64,000 bases of DNA, taken from an uncultured Candidatus Entotheonella sp. Lineage in GTDB: Bacteria > Tectomicrobia > Entotheonellia > Entotheonellales > Entotheonellaceae. Positions 27,301 to 37,814 of the stretch are shown one piece after another (the first letter of the stretch is position 1; each line of letters begins with the position of its first letter). A program made the position numbers and the translations under genes. The stretch covers positions 672,001 to 736,000 of the forward strand of contig CBDCDA010000001.1 of the NCBI GenBank assembly GCA_965215335.1. Reading direction: 5' to 3'. The notes beneath the pieces were generated by a model. It was given only the letters and a program-made list of their open reading frames with translations, was not told where the DNA came from and did no database searches.

Positions 27301-29553
27301 ATGCATGCTGTCACCTGGAAGGAACGCCTGAAGAGTCGCCTGCCGGCGGCCCTGGAAGAGGACATCGCCATTTTCGAGACGCAATTGACGTTGAAGCATC
27401 AGAACAAGATCGACGACAAGATTTTCGCCGAGACGCGTCTGCGGCGCGGGGTCTACGGGCAGCGCTATGACAACGGTCAGCGCCACGACGGCGTGAAGAC
27501 CCGGCCGTTGAATTATCCCTGCGAGAGCCTCACCAAGGGGCCGCAAACGGTGTGGGACGCGCCTGGCATGCAGCGCATCAAAATTCCCTTTGGCGGCCTC
27601 AACGCCGAACAAATGGAGACGCTGGCCGACTTGTCGGAAGAGTATTCCGATGCCATCTGCCACGTTACCACCCGGCAGGATTTTCAACTCCACTTCGTGC
27701 ATATCGACGACACTCCTGACCTCATGCGGCGCTTGGCCGCGGCGGGCATCACCACGCAGGAGGCTTGCGGCAACGTGGTGCGCAACGTTACCGCCTGCCC
27801 CTTGGCAGGCGTCTGCGGCGACGAGAGCTTCGACGTGACGCCCTACGCCCACGCCCTGGCGTATTTCCTCCTGAATCACAAAGACGCCCAGGACTTTGGC
27901 CGCAAGTTCAAAATCGCGTTTTCGGGCTGCACCGATCACGCCTGCGGCCTGGCCAACATGCACGACTGCGGCCTGGTTGCCAAAACCCGGGTGGAAAACG
28001 GCCAGTCCCGGCGCGGTTTCACCTTCTACGTTGGCGGCGGCCTGGGGGCCGTGCCGCATCAGGCGCAGGTGCTGGACGAGTTTGTTGCGGAGGAAGAGAT
28101 TCTGCCGCTGGCCCAGGCCGTCTGCCGGGTCTTCGCGCGATTGGGCGAAAAGAAGAACCGAGCGCGGGCGCGCCTGAAGTTCCTGGTGGCCAAGCTGGGG
28201 ATGGAGGAATTCCGGCGGCTGGTGCTGGAAGAGCGAGCGATTCTGCCGCGGGACGAACGCTGGACGCTCTATATGGACGACCTCGACGCCACGGACGAAT
28301 CCCCCACGCGGCCGGCCGGCACTCTGCCGACGGAGCCGCATCCCGAAGGGTTTGCCGACTGGATGGCGAGCAACGTCATGTTCCAGAGCCAACCCGGCTA
28401 CGCGGTGGCGACGGTCTGTCTGCCCCTGGGCGACCTCACCGCGGCGCAACTGCGCACCCTGGCCGGCATCACGCGGCGCTACAACGGCGGTTATGCCCGC
28501 ACCACGGTTGAGCAGAACATCGTGCTGCGCTGGATCAGTCAGGCCGACCTTCCCGGCCTCCATACCGACCTCGCGGCGGTCGGCTTGGCCCAATCCGGCG
28601 CTTCCACCCTGCGCGACATCACCGCCTGCCCGGGCACGGACACCTGCAAGCTCGGCATTTCGTCATCGCGCGGTCTGGCAGCGGAGCTGCGCCAGCGGGC
28701 GTCGGCGTGCAACGGCCAGATCGACCCGTCGGTGCAGGACCTGAAGATCAAGATCAGCGGCTGCTTCAACTCCTGCGGCCAGCATCACGTCGCCGACATC
28801 GGCTTCTACGGCGTCAGCCGCAAGGCGGACAACCACGCGGTGCCACACTTTCAGATGGTGCTTGGCGGTCAGTGGACCGAGAACGCCGGCGCCTACGGCC
28901 TGGCCGTCGCAGCGGTGCCGTCGAAGCGCGTGCCGGAGGCGGTAGAGCGGCTCACCAGCTTCTACGTGGCGGAGCGGGAGCCGGAGGAAACGTTTCAGGC
29001 CTTCATCAAGCGCGTCGGCAAGGCCAAAATACGCACGCTTCTGCAGGACCTGACGAAGGTGCCGGCATACGCCCAGGACAGTTCCTACTACTCGGATTGG
29101 GGTGACCCGCGGGAATACGGCCTCGGCGACATGGGCGTCGGCGAGTGCGCCGGTGAGGTGGTATCGCTGACCGAATTCGGCCTGGCCAGCAGCGAACGGC
29201 AGGTCTTCGAGGCGCAGGTTGATCTGGATAACCGGGACTTTGCCAAGGCGTCGAAAACGGCCTTCCAGGCCATGCTGGAGGCGGCCAAGGCCCTTATTCA
29301 GGTCTACGACATCGACGTCGTCAATGACGCGGACCGGATCGTCGAGGAATTTCGGCGGCGCTTTTATGATACCGAGCTGTTCCACGACCCCTACGCCGGG
29401 GCGAAGTTTGCCAATTATCTGTTTCACGCCGCCAACGGCGGGCGGGCCGACACCAGCCCGGCGGCGGTTCACCGGCGCATCGAGGAAGCCCAGCTCTTCA
29501 TCGAGGCGGCTCATTCCTGCTACAACCGTCTCGGTCAACGGCAACCGGTGTAG
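27301..29553 (+). CDS. Siroheme nitrite/sulfite reductase with C-terminal extension
   Basis: GVYGQR, TTRQ, RKFKIAFSGC, CPGTDTC...SGCFNSCGQH. Confidence 0.9.
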   Translation: MHAVTWKERLKSRLPAALEEDIAIFETQLTLKHQNKIDDKIFAETRLRRGVYGQRYDNGQRHDGVKTRPLNYPCESLTKGPQTVWDAPGMQRIKIPFGGLNAEQMETLADLSEEYSDAICHVTTRQDFQLHFVHIDDTPDLMRRLAAAGITTQEACGNVVRNVTACPLAGVCGDESFDVTPYAHALAYFLLNHKDAQDFGRKFKIAFSGCTDHACGLANMHDCGLVAKTRVENGQSRRGFTFYVGGGLGAVPHQAQVLDEFVAEEEILPLAQAVCRVFARLGEKKNRARARLKFLVAKLGMEEFRRLVLEERAILPRDERWTLYMDDLDATDESPTRPAGTLPTEPHPEGFADWMASNVMFQSQPGYAVATVCLPLGDLTAAQLRTLAGITRRYNGGYARTTVEQNIVLRWISQADLPGLHTDLAAVGLAQSGASTLRDITACPGTDTCKLGISSSRGLAAELRQRASACNGQIDPSVQDLKIKISGCFNSCGQHHVADIGFYGVSRKADNHAVPHFQMVLGGQWTENAGAYGLAVAAVPSKRVPEAVERLTSFYVAEREPEETFQAFIKRVGKAKIRTLLQDLTKVPAYAQDSSYYSDWGDPREYGLGDMGVGECAGEVVSLTEFGLASSERQVFEAQVDLDNRDFAKASKTAFQAMLEAAKALIQVYDIDVVNDADRIVEEFRRRFYDTELFHDPYAGAKFANYLFHAANGGRADTSPAAVHRRIEEAQLFIEAAHSCYNRLGQRQPV

Positions 29554-29573
29554 CTCAGGAGGACGGCAAGGCC

Positions 29574-30170
29574 ATGGAAAGCGTGAAGGTTGACGTCAAG
29601 TTGTTCCTCCAGGAACCCGCCGAAGTCGATCTGGAAGACTTCATCCCCGTCTTTCACGACTGGATTCAACACCAGCATCTCGACGAACTGCTCATCGACG
29701 TCGTGGATTACCGGCACGTGCACAATGGGCCGGGTGTGATGCTGATCGCCCACGACGCGCATTACGCGATGGATATGGCCGGCGGCAGGATGGGCCTCCT
29801 ATACAGCCGTCGGCGCGAAACCCATCCGACCCGAAATGCCATCCAAAGCGTTGCGGCGCGTCTGCGATCCGTCGTGCAATGCGCCCTGACGGCGTGTCGG
29901 CTTCTCGAAGCGGAGTCGTCTCTGCAAGGCCGTCTGAAGTTCCGCGGCGATGAAATGCTGCTGAGAATCAATGATCGTCTGGTGTCCCCTACCCTCGACG
30001 CCTTCGACGACCTGCAGGCGCACCTCCAACCGAGCCTGGCAAGCCTCTACCCGGGTCGTCAGGTCGAGGTGGAGCGTAACCGCGGGACAGATTCCCGTTT
30101 AACGGTGGCGATAAAGGCTTCCGAGGATTCGGGGGTGGGGACGCTATACAGCCGACTGGGCGAAAGCTGA
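29574..30170 (+). CDS. Hypothetical protein co-transcribed with the sulfite reductase
   Basis: SD AGGAGG; FHDWIQ..LLIDVVDYRHVHNGPGV. Confidence 0.7.
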   Translation: MESVKVDVKLFLQEPAEVDLEDFIPVFHDWIQHQHLDELLIDVVDYRHVHNGPGVMLIAHDAHYAMDMAGGRMGLLYSRRRETHPTRNAIQSVAARLRSVVQCALTACRLLEAESSLQGRLKFRGDEMLLRINDRLVSPTLDAFDDLQAHLQPSLASLYPGRQVEVERNRGTDSRLTVAIKASEDSGVGTLYSRLGES

Positions 30171-30280
30171 TGCCACAATGCGCAACAACAATATCCCGGC
30201 ATGATTCGTCCATTTGTCGCCTTGTCTTTGCGGACCTGCAAAGATGCTGGCAGGACAGCCTGGACGGACACCACGCCAGT

Positions 30281-32065
30281 CTATGCCGCGGCGACGAAAA
30301 CAACCAGTGCCAGGCCGGCGAGGAACACCACGATCCACATCACCGTGGCGCCGATCGGCAGGCGGTAGCGATTCTCGTCGTACACCAGGGTCGGCGTACC
30401 ATCAGGCGACGCTTCGTCAGCAACAGGCGGGAGGTGCAGGGGAGCGCCGGTGAGCCTGTCGGGGACGAGATACGGGTTCCGTGCATAGGGCAGCAGCGCC
30501 TGCAAAACGGCCACGCGGCAGGTCTCCAAGGCAGCCCCCGTCCGCCGTGCAAGGGCGATCAGATGGGCGAAAACCGCTTGCAGCGGCTGGCGGTAGAACC
30601 AGTCCGTGTCCAAAGTCACTGTCGTCTCGCGGTGGAACCGGTCCAGCAGCCACCAGAAGCCGAGCCCCGTACCGATCAGCAATTGCACCGACGAAACGAC
30701 ATGGTCGACGGTAAACGGATGGTATTCGGCGGCAAACGGCAGGCGCGCGTAAAGCGCCTGCGGGAAGAGACCCAGCCAGACGCAGAAGAAGGCGCCCACG
30801 GCCATCGCCAGGAGCATGTTGACCGGCAGACGCTGCGGCGCCCCGCCGGCCCTGCGGTTGCCGCCCATGAAGGTGAAATAGGGCAGTTTCAGCCCGACAC
30901 TCAGAAAGGTGCCCACGCCGGCCAGCGTCAGCAGAAGCTCCGGCAGCGCCAGGTGCGCTTCGGCGGCAGCCGAGACGATCATCGACTTGCTGGTAAAGCC
31001 GTTGAACAGCGGCACGCCGGAAATCGACAGCGCGGCCACCATGTACAGGCCGAAAACGAGCGGCATGGCACGACTCAGGCCGCCAAGGTCGCTGAGCTTG
31101 CGTTTGCCGGTCGCCTGGATCACCGCCCCGGCACCCATGAACAGAAGGGCCTTGTAAAGGATGTGGCAGAAGGCGTGGGCGCCGCTGCCGTTCAGGGCCA
31201 GCGCCGTGCCCATGCCTACCGCGGCCACCATGTAGCCGACCTGGCTGACGATGTGGTAGGCCAGCAGCCGCCGAATATCGTTTTCCAGGATGGCGTAGAC
31301 CACGCCGTACAGGGTCATGACCACCCCGGCCCACAGCAGGACCTCGGCGCCCGGGAAGAGGCGGATGAGCACGTAAACGGCGGTTTTGGTGGTGAAGGCG
31401 CTCAGAAACACGCTGCCGGTGACCGAGGCTTCCGGGTAAGCGTCCGTCAGCCAGGCGTGCAGCGGCGGCACCGCGGCATTGATCACGACGCCCAGCAGCA
31501 TGAGCCAGAAGGCCGCGCGCGGCGTTTCACTTTGCGTCAGGGCCGCCAGGTTGACCTCGCCGCCGTGGAACAGGTGGAGTGAAATCCCGCAGAACAACAG
31601 CGAGCCGCCGAAAATATGCACCAGCAGATAGCGGTATCCGGCCGCCTGCGACTGCGCCGTGCCGCCGAACCACACCACGAACAGCGATGCCACCGCCATC
31701 AGCTCCCAAAACACGAAGAGGGTGATCCAGTCACCGGCGAACACCACCCCGAGACCGCCGGCGGCGTACACCAGGGTGGCGGCGTGCTCGCCGCCGCGCC
31801 GCACGTGCAAGGCATACAGCACGCCGATGCAGGTGATCAGGCTGAAAATGAGGCCGAATACGTGGCTCAGGGCATCCACTCGCAACACCTGCAGCGTATA
31901 GTTGGGCAGCGCCCATGACAAGCTGGCAGCGGCGTCGAGATCCCAGGCCGTCCAAAGCGTTGCCAGCGTCCCGGCCAGCAGAACGATCTGCCGCAGGACG
32001 CCGCGCGCCGCCAGCGCCACGCACGCGGCTACAAACAGCACGAATGCGGGGTGCAGGGCGCTCAT
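30281..32065 (-). CDS. Mrp/Mnh Na+/H+ antiporter subunit D-like (third)
   Basis: FWELMA, PLHAWLTDAYPEA, LLAYHIVSQVGYM. Confidence 0.88.
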   Translation of the reverse strand: MSALHPAFVLFVAACVALAARGVLRQIVLLAGTLATLWTAWDLDAAASLSWALPNYTLQVLRVDALSHVFGLIFSLITCIGVLYALHVRRGGEHAATLVYAAGGLGVVFAGDWITLFVFWELMAVASLFVVWFGGTAQSQAAGYRYLLVHIFGGSLLFCGISLHLFHGGEVNLAALTQSETPRAAFWLMLLGVVINAAVPPLHAWLTDAYPEASVTGSVFLSAFTTKTAVYVLIRLFPGAEVLLWAGVVMTLYGVVYAILENDIRRLLAYHIVSQVGYMVAAVGMGTALALNGSGAHAFCHILYKALLFMGAGAVIQATGKRKLSDLGGLSRAMPLVFGLYMVAALSISGVPLFNGFTSKSMIVSAAAEAHLALPELLLTLAGVGTFLSVGLKLPYFTFMGGNRRAGGAPQRLPVNMLLAMAVGAFFCVWLGLFPQALYARLPFAAEYHPFTVDHVVSSVQLLIGTGLGFWWLLDRFHRETTVTLDTDWFYRQPLQAVFAHLIALARRTGAALETCRVAVLQALLPYARNPYLVPDRLTGAPLHLPPVADEASPDGTPTLVYDENRYRLPIGATVMWIVVFLAGLALVVFVAAA

Positions 32066-32292
32066 GCCGGCTCATCCTCGTCGGTGTACAGGTGGTCTCG
32101 TTGCAGCCAGGCGTGGCCCAGCCACTTGGCACCGAGCACCAACGCCAGGCAACCAGCGGTGCCGTAAACGAAATCGAATACCGGCGTCGCCTGCCACCAG
32201 AACACCGGGTGGCCGTGATGGCGATACACGATCTCCAGCACCGCGCTTACGCCGACAACCACGGCGACCAGAACGGCCCCTGTTGATTTCAA
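32062..32292 (-). CDS. Small membrane protein of the Mrp operon
   Basis: TTG start overlapping the upstream stop; HGHPVFWWQ..PVFDFVYG. Confidence 0.65.
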   Translation of the reverse strand: MKSTGAVLVAVVVGVSAVLEIVYRHHGHPVFWWQATPVFDFVYGTAGCLALVLGAKWLGHAWLQRDHLYTDEDEPA

Positions 32293-33791
32293 GGCATCCC
32301 TCCTCCTGCCAGCGCCTGCCCTGCCCCGGCCACGACGCTTTCGGCGGCGGTCCACGCCAGGTGATAGAACTGCAGCCCGGCGTTCGGATAGATTCCCAGG
32401 ATCAGCGAAACGACCGCCGTGGCGGCCAGCGGCGCCCACAGGGCGGCGCTGGCCTCGTCGAAGCGGCTGGCCTGATCGGGGCGGCCAAAGAAAGCGGTGT
32501 AAACGATGGGAAAGAAGTAGGCGAAATTGAGAATGCCGCTGGCGACAAACACGGCCAGAAATACGGCCTGACCGGATTGCAGCGCCCCCACGCCCAGGTT
32601 CCATTTGCTGATGAAGCCGACGCACAACGGCGTACCGGCCAGGCCCAGCGCGCCGAGGGTAAAGGCGCCAAAGGTAATGGGCATCTGCCGGCCCAAGCCG
32701 GCCAGGTCGGGAATTTCCAGCTTGTGGGTTTTGATGTAGATGGCCCCGGCGCAGAAGAACAGGGTGATTTTCATAAAGCCGTGCGCCACGATGTGGAATA
32801 TGGCGCCGGCCACCGCGGCCGTCGAGCCGAGAGCGGCGCCCAGGACAATGTAGGAGAGCTGGCTCACCGTGGAATAGGCCAGCCGGCGTTTGAGATTCTG
32901 CTCGCCCAAAGCCCGTACCGACGCCAGCAGGATGGTCAGCGCCGCGGCCACCGCCAGAATCGTGTCCGCCCCCATGGCCCGCAGCAGGTCGACGCCAAAC
33001 ACGTAATGCAGCAGCCGCAGGCAGCCGAAGGTCCCGGCCTTGACCACCGCCACGGCATGCAGCAACGCGCTCACCGGAGTCGGCGCCACCATGGCGGCCG
33101 GCAACCAGCCGTGCAGCGGCATGATGGCCGCCTTGGCCCCAACGCCGATCAGTCCCAGAACGAACACCAGCCCCAGAACGCCCAGCGGCGCCTTGCCCAT
33201 GAGGAACCCCCCGGGCTGGAATGCCGCGCCCGGCGCCAGAAGCGCGATGGTGACAATGGCAAGCAGCAGCAACTGCCCCGCGCCGAGGGTGTACGCCAGG
33301 TACTTTCTGCCCGCCGCGACCGCCGCCGCGGTGCGATCGTGCACCACCAGGGGATACGTGGCCAGGGTCAACATCTCGTAGAACAGGAAAAAGGTGATCA
33401 GATTGCCCGCGAAAGCAATGCCCATGGTGGCGGACAGGCACACTGCGAAGCTGGCGAAATAACCGGTCTGGTGGGTGTAATGCCCGGCGCGCATGTAGCC
33501 GATCGAATAGATGGAAGTGAGAATCCACAGTCCGGAGGCCAGGAGGGCGAAGATGAGGCCAAACAGGTCGGCGCGCAGGTGCAGGGACCATCCGGGCAGC
33601 AACTCGGCGTAGGTGGCTTCGATGACGCCTCCGGCCAGGACCGTCGGCAGCATCGAGACCACCAACAGGAACTTGACGACAGCGGCAACGAACGTCCATG
33701 CCTCGCGCACATTCGGGCGTCGGTCGGAGAGCAGAATCGCTCCGGCGGCGAGCAGCGAAACCAGCGTGGCCAGGAGCGGATAATGGGACAT
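32289..33791 (-). CDS. Mrp/Mnh antiporter subunit D-like (second)
   Basis: FYEMLT, PLHGWLPAAMVAPTPVSALLH, RLAYSTVSQL. Confidence 0.88.
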   Translation of the reverse strand: MSHYPLLATLVSLLAAGAILLSDRRPNVREAWTFVAAVVKFLLVVSMLPTVLAGGVIEATYAELLPGWSLHLRADLFGLIFALLASGLWILTSIYSIGYMRAGHYTHQTGYFASFAVCLSATMGIAFAGNLITFFLFYEMLTLATYPLVVHDRTAAAVAAGRKYLAYTLGAGQLLLLAIVTIALLAPGAAFQPGGFLMGKAPLGVLGLVFVLGLIGVGAKAAIMPLHGWLPAAMVAPTPVSALLHAVAVVKAGTFGCLRLLHYVFGVDLLRAMGADTILAVAAALTILLASVRALGEQNLKRRLAYSTVSQLSYIVLGAALGSTAAVAGAIFHIVAHGFMKITLFFCAGAIYIKTHKLEIPDLAGLGRQMPITFGAFTLGALGLAGTPLCVGFISKWNLGVGALQSGQAVFLAVFVASGILNFAYFFPIVYTAFFGRPDQASRFDEASAALWAPLAATAVVSLILGIYPNAGLQFYHLAWTAAESVVAGAGQALAGGGMP

Positions 33792-33811
33792 GGACGGAGC
33801 CTTTCCGTTGC

Positions 33812-35284
33812 TTATGGCGCCAGGGTTCCCGGCAGCGCGTGGCGGATGATGCCGCCCACAACCTGTTGGTTGAATAACCCGAAGGCCACCACGGCAGCCA
33901 TGAGAACGAGAATCGGCGCCAGCATGTGCAGCGGCAGTTCCTGTCCGGGCGGCGTACCCTGCCCTTCCGGCGCCTTCAGGTAGGCGAATTCGAATACACG
34001 GAAGAAGTACACGACGCCCAACAGGCTGCTCAGCACCAGTGCCACCACGAACAACCAGGCGCCTGCCTCGACGGCGCCGCTGAGCAGATACCACTTGCTG
34101 AAGAAGCCCAAGGTCGGCGGCAGCCCGATCATGGCCAGCGCCGCGACCACAAACGCGGCCATGGTCAATGGCATGCGGCGGCCCATGCCGGCATAGTCGC
34201 TGATCTTGCAGATGCCGGTGCGCCACCGGACAGCACCGACGACCAGAAACAGGCAACCCTTCATGACGGCGTGGCTGAACAGGTGCAGCAGCGCGCCGAT
34301 CAGCGCAGCCGGAGTGCCCAGCGCCAGGCCGAGAATGATGTAGCCCATCTGTCCGACGCTCGAATAGGCCAGCATGCGGCGGATATCCTGCTGCGCCATG
34401 GCCAGGACGGAACCCGCCAGCACGGCGATGACCGATACCCAACCCAGCAGCATCAGGGCCTGCGCCGCAGCCCCCTCGGCAGGCGTCACGAAGCAGAGTA
34501 TCCGGAACAGCGCGTACGCGCTGACCTTCGCCATCACCGCAGCGATGAATCCGGTTACCGGTGCTGGTGCGTACGTGTAAGCGTCCGGCAGCCAGCCGTG
34601 CAGCGGGAACAGCGCCGCCTTGATCGCCAGCCCGACGACGATCAGCACCACCGCAACGCCATAGGCCCGCATGTCCACGACAGCCGTCAGGCGCACGGCC
34701 ATGTCGGCCATGTTGAGCGTACCGGTGAGGGCGTACAGGTAACCGGTGCCCAGCAGGTAGAACGTCGCGGCGATGGTGCCGACGATCAGGTAGCGGAAGG
34801 TTGCCACCGTGCCGCGAATGCCACCCGAGGCCAGCAGGCCGTAGGCGGCCAGCGACGAAATTTCCAGGAACACATAGAGGTTGAACATGTCCCCCGTCAG
34901 CACGATACCCAGCAAACCGGCGACGAGAAGCAGGAACAGGCTGTGGAACATCCCGCCGCGCGCCGCCGAGCCGCCGTTGACCTGCGGACCGGCGTACACC
35001 ACGACGCACACGGCGACGAGCGTGATCAGGGCCGCCACGCCCCCGGACAGCGGATCGACGACGTACTCGATGCCCCACGGCGGCGCCCAGCCGCCCAGTT
35101 CGTACCGCAACGCGCCGTGCGCCAGCACGTGCGACAACGCTGAACAACTGGCTACGGCGGCGGCCGCAAGCGTCAGACACGCGACGGCGAACGCCGCCTT
35201 TATGGAGATCAGCGCGACAAGGGGCACAGCCACGGCAGCCGCGAGCGGCAGGACGACGATCAGGACCGGCAAATGCGCCGTCAT
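33812..35284 (-). CDS. mrpD: Mrp/Mnh antiporter subunit D
   Basis: GGWAPPWGIE, FNLYVFLEI, PLHGWLPDAY. Confidence 0.88.
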   Translation of the reverse strand: MTAHLPVLIVVLPLAAAVAVPLVALISIKAAFAVACLTLAAAAVASCSALSHVLAHGALRYELGGWAPPWGIEYVVDPLSGGVAALITLVAVCVVVYAGPQVNGGSAARGGMFHSLFLLLVAGLLGIVLTGDMFNLYVFLEISSLAAYGLLASGGIRGTVATFRYLIVGTIAATFYLLGTGYLYALTGTLNMADMAVRLTAVVDMRAYGVAVVLIVVGLAIKAALFPLHGWLPDAYTYAPAPVTGFIAAVMAKVSAYALFRILCFVTPAEGAAAQALMLLGWVSVIAVLAGSVLAMAQQDIRRMLAYSSVGQMGYIILGLALGTPAALIGALLHLFSHAVMKGCLFLVVGAVRWRTGICKISDYAGMGRRMPLTMAAFVVAALAMIGLPPTLGFFSKWYLLSGAVEAGAWLFVVALVLSSLLGVVYFFRVFEFAYLKAPEGQGTPPGQELPLHMLAPILVLMAAVVAFGLFNQQVVGGIIRHALPGTLAP

Positions 35285-35646
35285 AGGCGCATCCTTGCGA
35301 GGATTTCGGGCTCCTCCAGGGTGCCGAAATGCCGGTGAATGCGGAGGAGCAGGGCCAGGGCAACGCCCGTCGTGCTGACCCCGACGACGATGGCGGTGAG
35401 CATCAGGGCGTGCGGCAGCGGATTGACGTAAGCGCTCACGTCGTGCAAGCCCTTGACCTCAATCGGGGCCGTCGCCCCCGTCTTTTCCGCCAAGGCGATG
35501 AAGAACAGGATCGCCGCCACCTGCAGGATGTTCATGGCCATGAGCTTCTTGATCAGATTGGGCCGGCCCAGCATACCGTACAGTCCAATGAGCAAGAGCA
35601 CGGCGGCAAGCCAGTAATTCAGGTAGCCCGACAGGTTCTCCCACAC
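35281..35646 (-). CDS. mrpC: Mrp/Mnh antiporter subunit C
   Basis: NPLPHALMLTAIVVG. Confidence 0.9.
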   Translation of the reverse strand: MWENLSGYLNYWLAAVLLLIGLYGMLGRPNLIKKLMAMNILQVAAILFFIALAEKTGATAPIEVKGLHDVSAYVNPLPHALMLTAIVVGVSTTGVALALLLRIHRHFGTLEEPEILARMRL

Positions 35647-35650
35647 GGGG

Positions 35651-36085
35651 TCAGTCCTCCTCGCCCCAGGCGGTCAGGGCATCGAAGATCAGCACCAGAA
35701 CGCCGGTAACGGCCATCGCCACGCCGACCTCGATGCCCAGGGTGCCCATGACCCGAACCTTGACCATTTCCAGCGGCAGCGGCAGCACCCCGTAGTCCAG
35801 GTAGTTGCCGGTGAACAACAGGCTCAGGAAGCCGATGCCGGCGAACACGCCCACGCCGCAACAGGCCAGCCGCAGGGCGCCGACACGGGTCAGCCCCCAA
35901 ATGGCGTCCTGCCCGTGCACCAGCCGGATGAGGATGACAGCGGCGGCCAGGATGGTGCCGCCCTGAAAGCCGCCGCCCGGGCTATCGTGGCCGTGCGCAA
36001 TGACATAGACGGCGAAGATCAGGACGAAAGGCACCAGTAAGCGACAGGCCGCATCCAGCACCGCGCTGCCGAAAGGCGTTCTCAT
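35651..36085 (-). CDS. mrpB: Mrp/Mnh antiporter subunit B
   Basis: GHDSPGGGFQGG. Confidence 0.88.
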   Translation of the reverse strand: MRTPFGSAVLDAACRLLVPFVLIFAVYVIAHGHDSPGGGFQGGTILAAAVILIRLVHGQDAIWGLTRVGALRLACCGVGVFAGIGFLSLLFTGNYLDYGVLPLPLEMVKVRVMGTLGIEVGVAMAVTGVLVLIFDALTAWGEED

Positions 36086-36372
36086 TCGTCGTCTCCCCCG
36101 GCACCCAGACGCACACCCAGAATCAACAGGCATGCCAAGCCGGCCGTGAAAATGACCGTCGTCTCCCCCAGCGTGTCGTAGCCCCGATAGTCCGCCAGCA
36201 CGCCGGTGACGAAGTTCGACGCGCCGGTTTCGTCGTGGCTCTTGGCGACATAGCGCGGCGAGACGTGCACCGACGCCGGCGATTCGACATCGCCGACGCG
36301 CGGCAAGTCGCTGGCGGCGTAAAACAGCACACCCGCGGCCAACGCGAAGACCACCCACGTAACAGCTTTCAC
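36082..36372 (-). CDS. MbhE-like subunit (split MrpA C-terminal part)
   Basis: NFVTGVLADYRGYDTLGE. Confidence 0.8.
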   Translation of the reverse strand: MKAVTWVVFALAAGVLFYAASDLPRVGDVESPASVHVSPRYVAKSHDETGASNFVTGVLADYRGYDTLGETTVIFTAGLACLLILGVRLGAGGDDE

Positions 36373-36611
36373 CGCTTGGTCCTCCGCACCGTGCGGAAAA
36401 TGGCCGTGACGAAAAACACCGTGGTGATCACCGCGCCGACCGCCGCTTCGGTAAAGGCTACGTCGAGCGCTCCCAGGATGGCGAAATAGATGGCCGAGAA
36501 AAAGCTGAAGGCTCCGAAAATCGCCACCGCCGCCAGCAGATCGTGGGTGAACACCGCGGCCACCGCGCAAACCACGATCAGGGCCTGGAAGAAGATGGAC
36601 AACGACGCCAT
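36369..36611 (-). CDS. DUF4040/MbhD-like subunit
   Basis: ALDVAFTEAAVGA. Confidence 0.8.
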   Translation of the reverse strand: MASLSIFFQALIVVCAVAAVFTHDLLAAVAIFGAFSFFSAIYFAILGALDVAFTEAAVGAVITTVFFVTAIFRTVRRTKR

Positions 36612-36916
36612 TACGATCCCTCCTCGCCACCGCGCCAAGGCATCAACCCGGACCTGTAGGCGGCCCGGCCCAGCGCGTGCGTGGCCGTCGGGTTCGCCAG
36701 ACCGATGCAGACCGAGATCAGCACGATCTTCAGGCTAGAGAGCGAAACGCCCTCGTGAATGGCCAGCGCGATCAGCACCAGCGCCACGCCCAGGGTGTCG
36801 CATTTGCCCATAGCGTGCAGTCGGGTGTAGAAGTCGGGCAGGCGCAGAATGCCCAGCACGCCCAGCATGATGAACAGCAAACCGATGACCAGCAGGACAT
36901 TGGCGGCGAGGGTCAT
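36611..36916 (-). CDS. mrpG: Mrp/Mnh antiporter subunit G
   Basis: RLPDFYTRLHA, NPTATHAL. Confidence 0.9.
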   Translation of the reverse strand: MTLAANVLLVIGLLFIMLGVLGILRLPDFYTRLHAMGKCDTLGVALVLIALAIHEGVSLSSLKIVLISVCIGLANPTATHALGRAAYRSGLMPWRGGEEGS

Positions 36917-37185
36917 GGCTCGTCGGCTCCCTTTTGTTCAAAGTACTTCGCCAGCACCACGCTGCCGATGAAGCTGATCAGGGCGTACGCCAGCGTGATG
37001 TCCACGAAGATCTCCACCCGGCCGGTCAGGAAACCCAGCAGCACCAGCAACACGATCGTCTTGGTGCCAATGAGCCCCAGGCCCGTCAGGCGGTCGAAGG
37101 TCGTCGGGCCGCTCAACACGCGGTAAAGCGCCAGCGTCATGGCAACCGTCAGAACGAGCGCGGCGCCGAGAAAATAGGCATTCAT
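36913..37185 (-). CDS. mrpF: Mrp/Mnh antiporter subunit F
   Basis: RVLSGPTTFDR. Confidence 0.88.
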   Translation of the reverse strand: MNAYFLGAALVLTVAMTLALYRVLSGPTTFDRLTGLGLIGTKTIVLLVLLGFLTGRVEIFVDITLAYALISFIGSVVLAKYFEQKGADEP

Positions 37186-37730
37186 CGTGTTGGTCTTGTG
37201 CCTTGGCCGGTATGCGAGGGCTGGAACAGCACCGCCACGCGCTGATGCATGGCGCCGCCGTTCGGTTCCAGTCCTTGAGCGCTGGTGTGCGTGAGGGCAT
37301 GCACGAGGAATTCGTCATTGTCGACGTCGAGGGTGACGGTGCCCGGTGTCAGGGTGATCGAGGTGGCGAGGGTCAATTGCGCCAGGACGTGCGGGAACGA
37401 GGTGTCAAAGCGCAGCAGGCGCGGCTGGATGGGCATCCTGGGGTGCAGGACGACGTAGGCGACCTGCAGGTTCGACACGATGATCTGCCAGACGAGCCAC
37501 GGGACGTAGCCCAGGAAACGCAAAGGCAACGCATTTGCGGGATGCCTGCCCGGTGGCCCGATATCGGGCGGCAAAAGCAGCAGGCGGCGTGTTCCCAGCG
37601 CGACGCACAGGGCGCTGACGGCGCCGATGGAGACGTGAAAGGCGTCGAATTTCCCGGAAAGAATCAGCCAGAGAACGAACAGAGTCAGGGCTAACGGCAG
37701 AACCTGCCGAAGATGGGACGTCGTTGGCAT
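37182..37730 (-). CDS. mrpE: Mrp/Mnh antiporter subunit E
   Basis: SITLTPGT, LVHAL. Confidence 0.88.
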   Translation of the reverse strand: MPTTSHLRQVLPLALTLFVLWLILSGKFDAFHVSIGAVSALCVALGTRRLLLLPPDIGPPGRHPANALPLRFLGYVPWLVWQIIVSNLQVAYVVLHPRMPIQPRLLRFDTSFPHVLAQLTLATSITLTPGTVTLDVDNDEFLVHALTHTSAQGLEPNGGAMHQRVAVLFQPSHTGQGTRPTR

Positions 37731-37814
37731 GGGAGTCGTTCTGTAATCGTTAAGGCTGTGGTCGTAAAGGCGTGAACGCGACCTCACATGCTCCGATGGC
37801 CGCCACGGTGCGGA

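Noticed and set aside
32289..35363. 1024-aa ORF suggesting a giant Mrp fusion
   Set aside because: The N-terminal half is an off-frame overlay of mrpD (33812-35284); the real gene starts at 33791.
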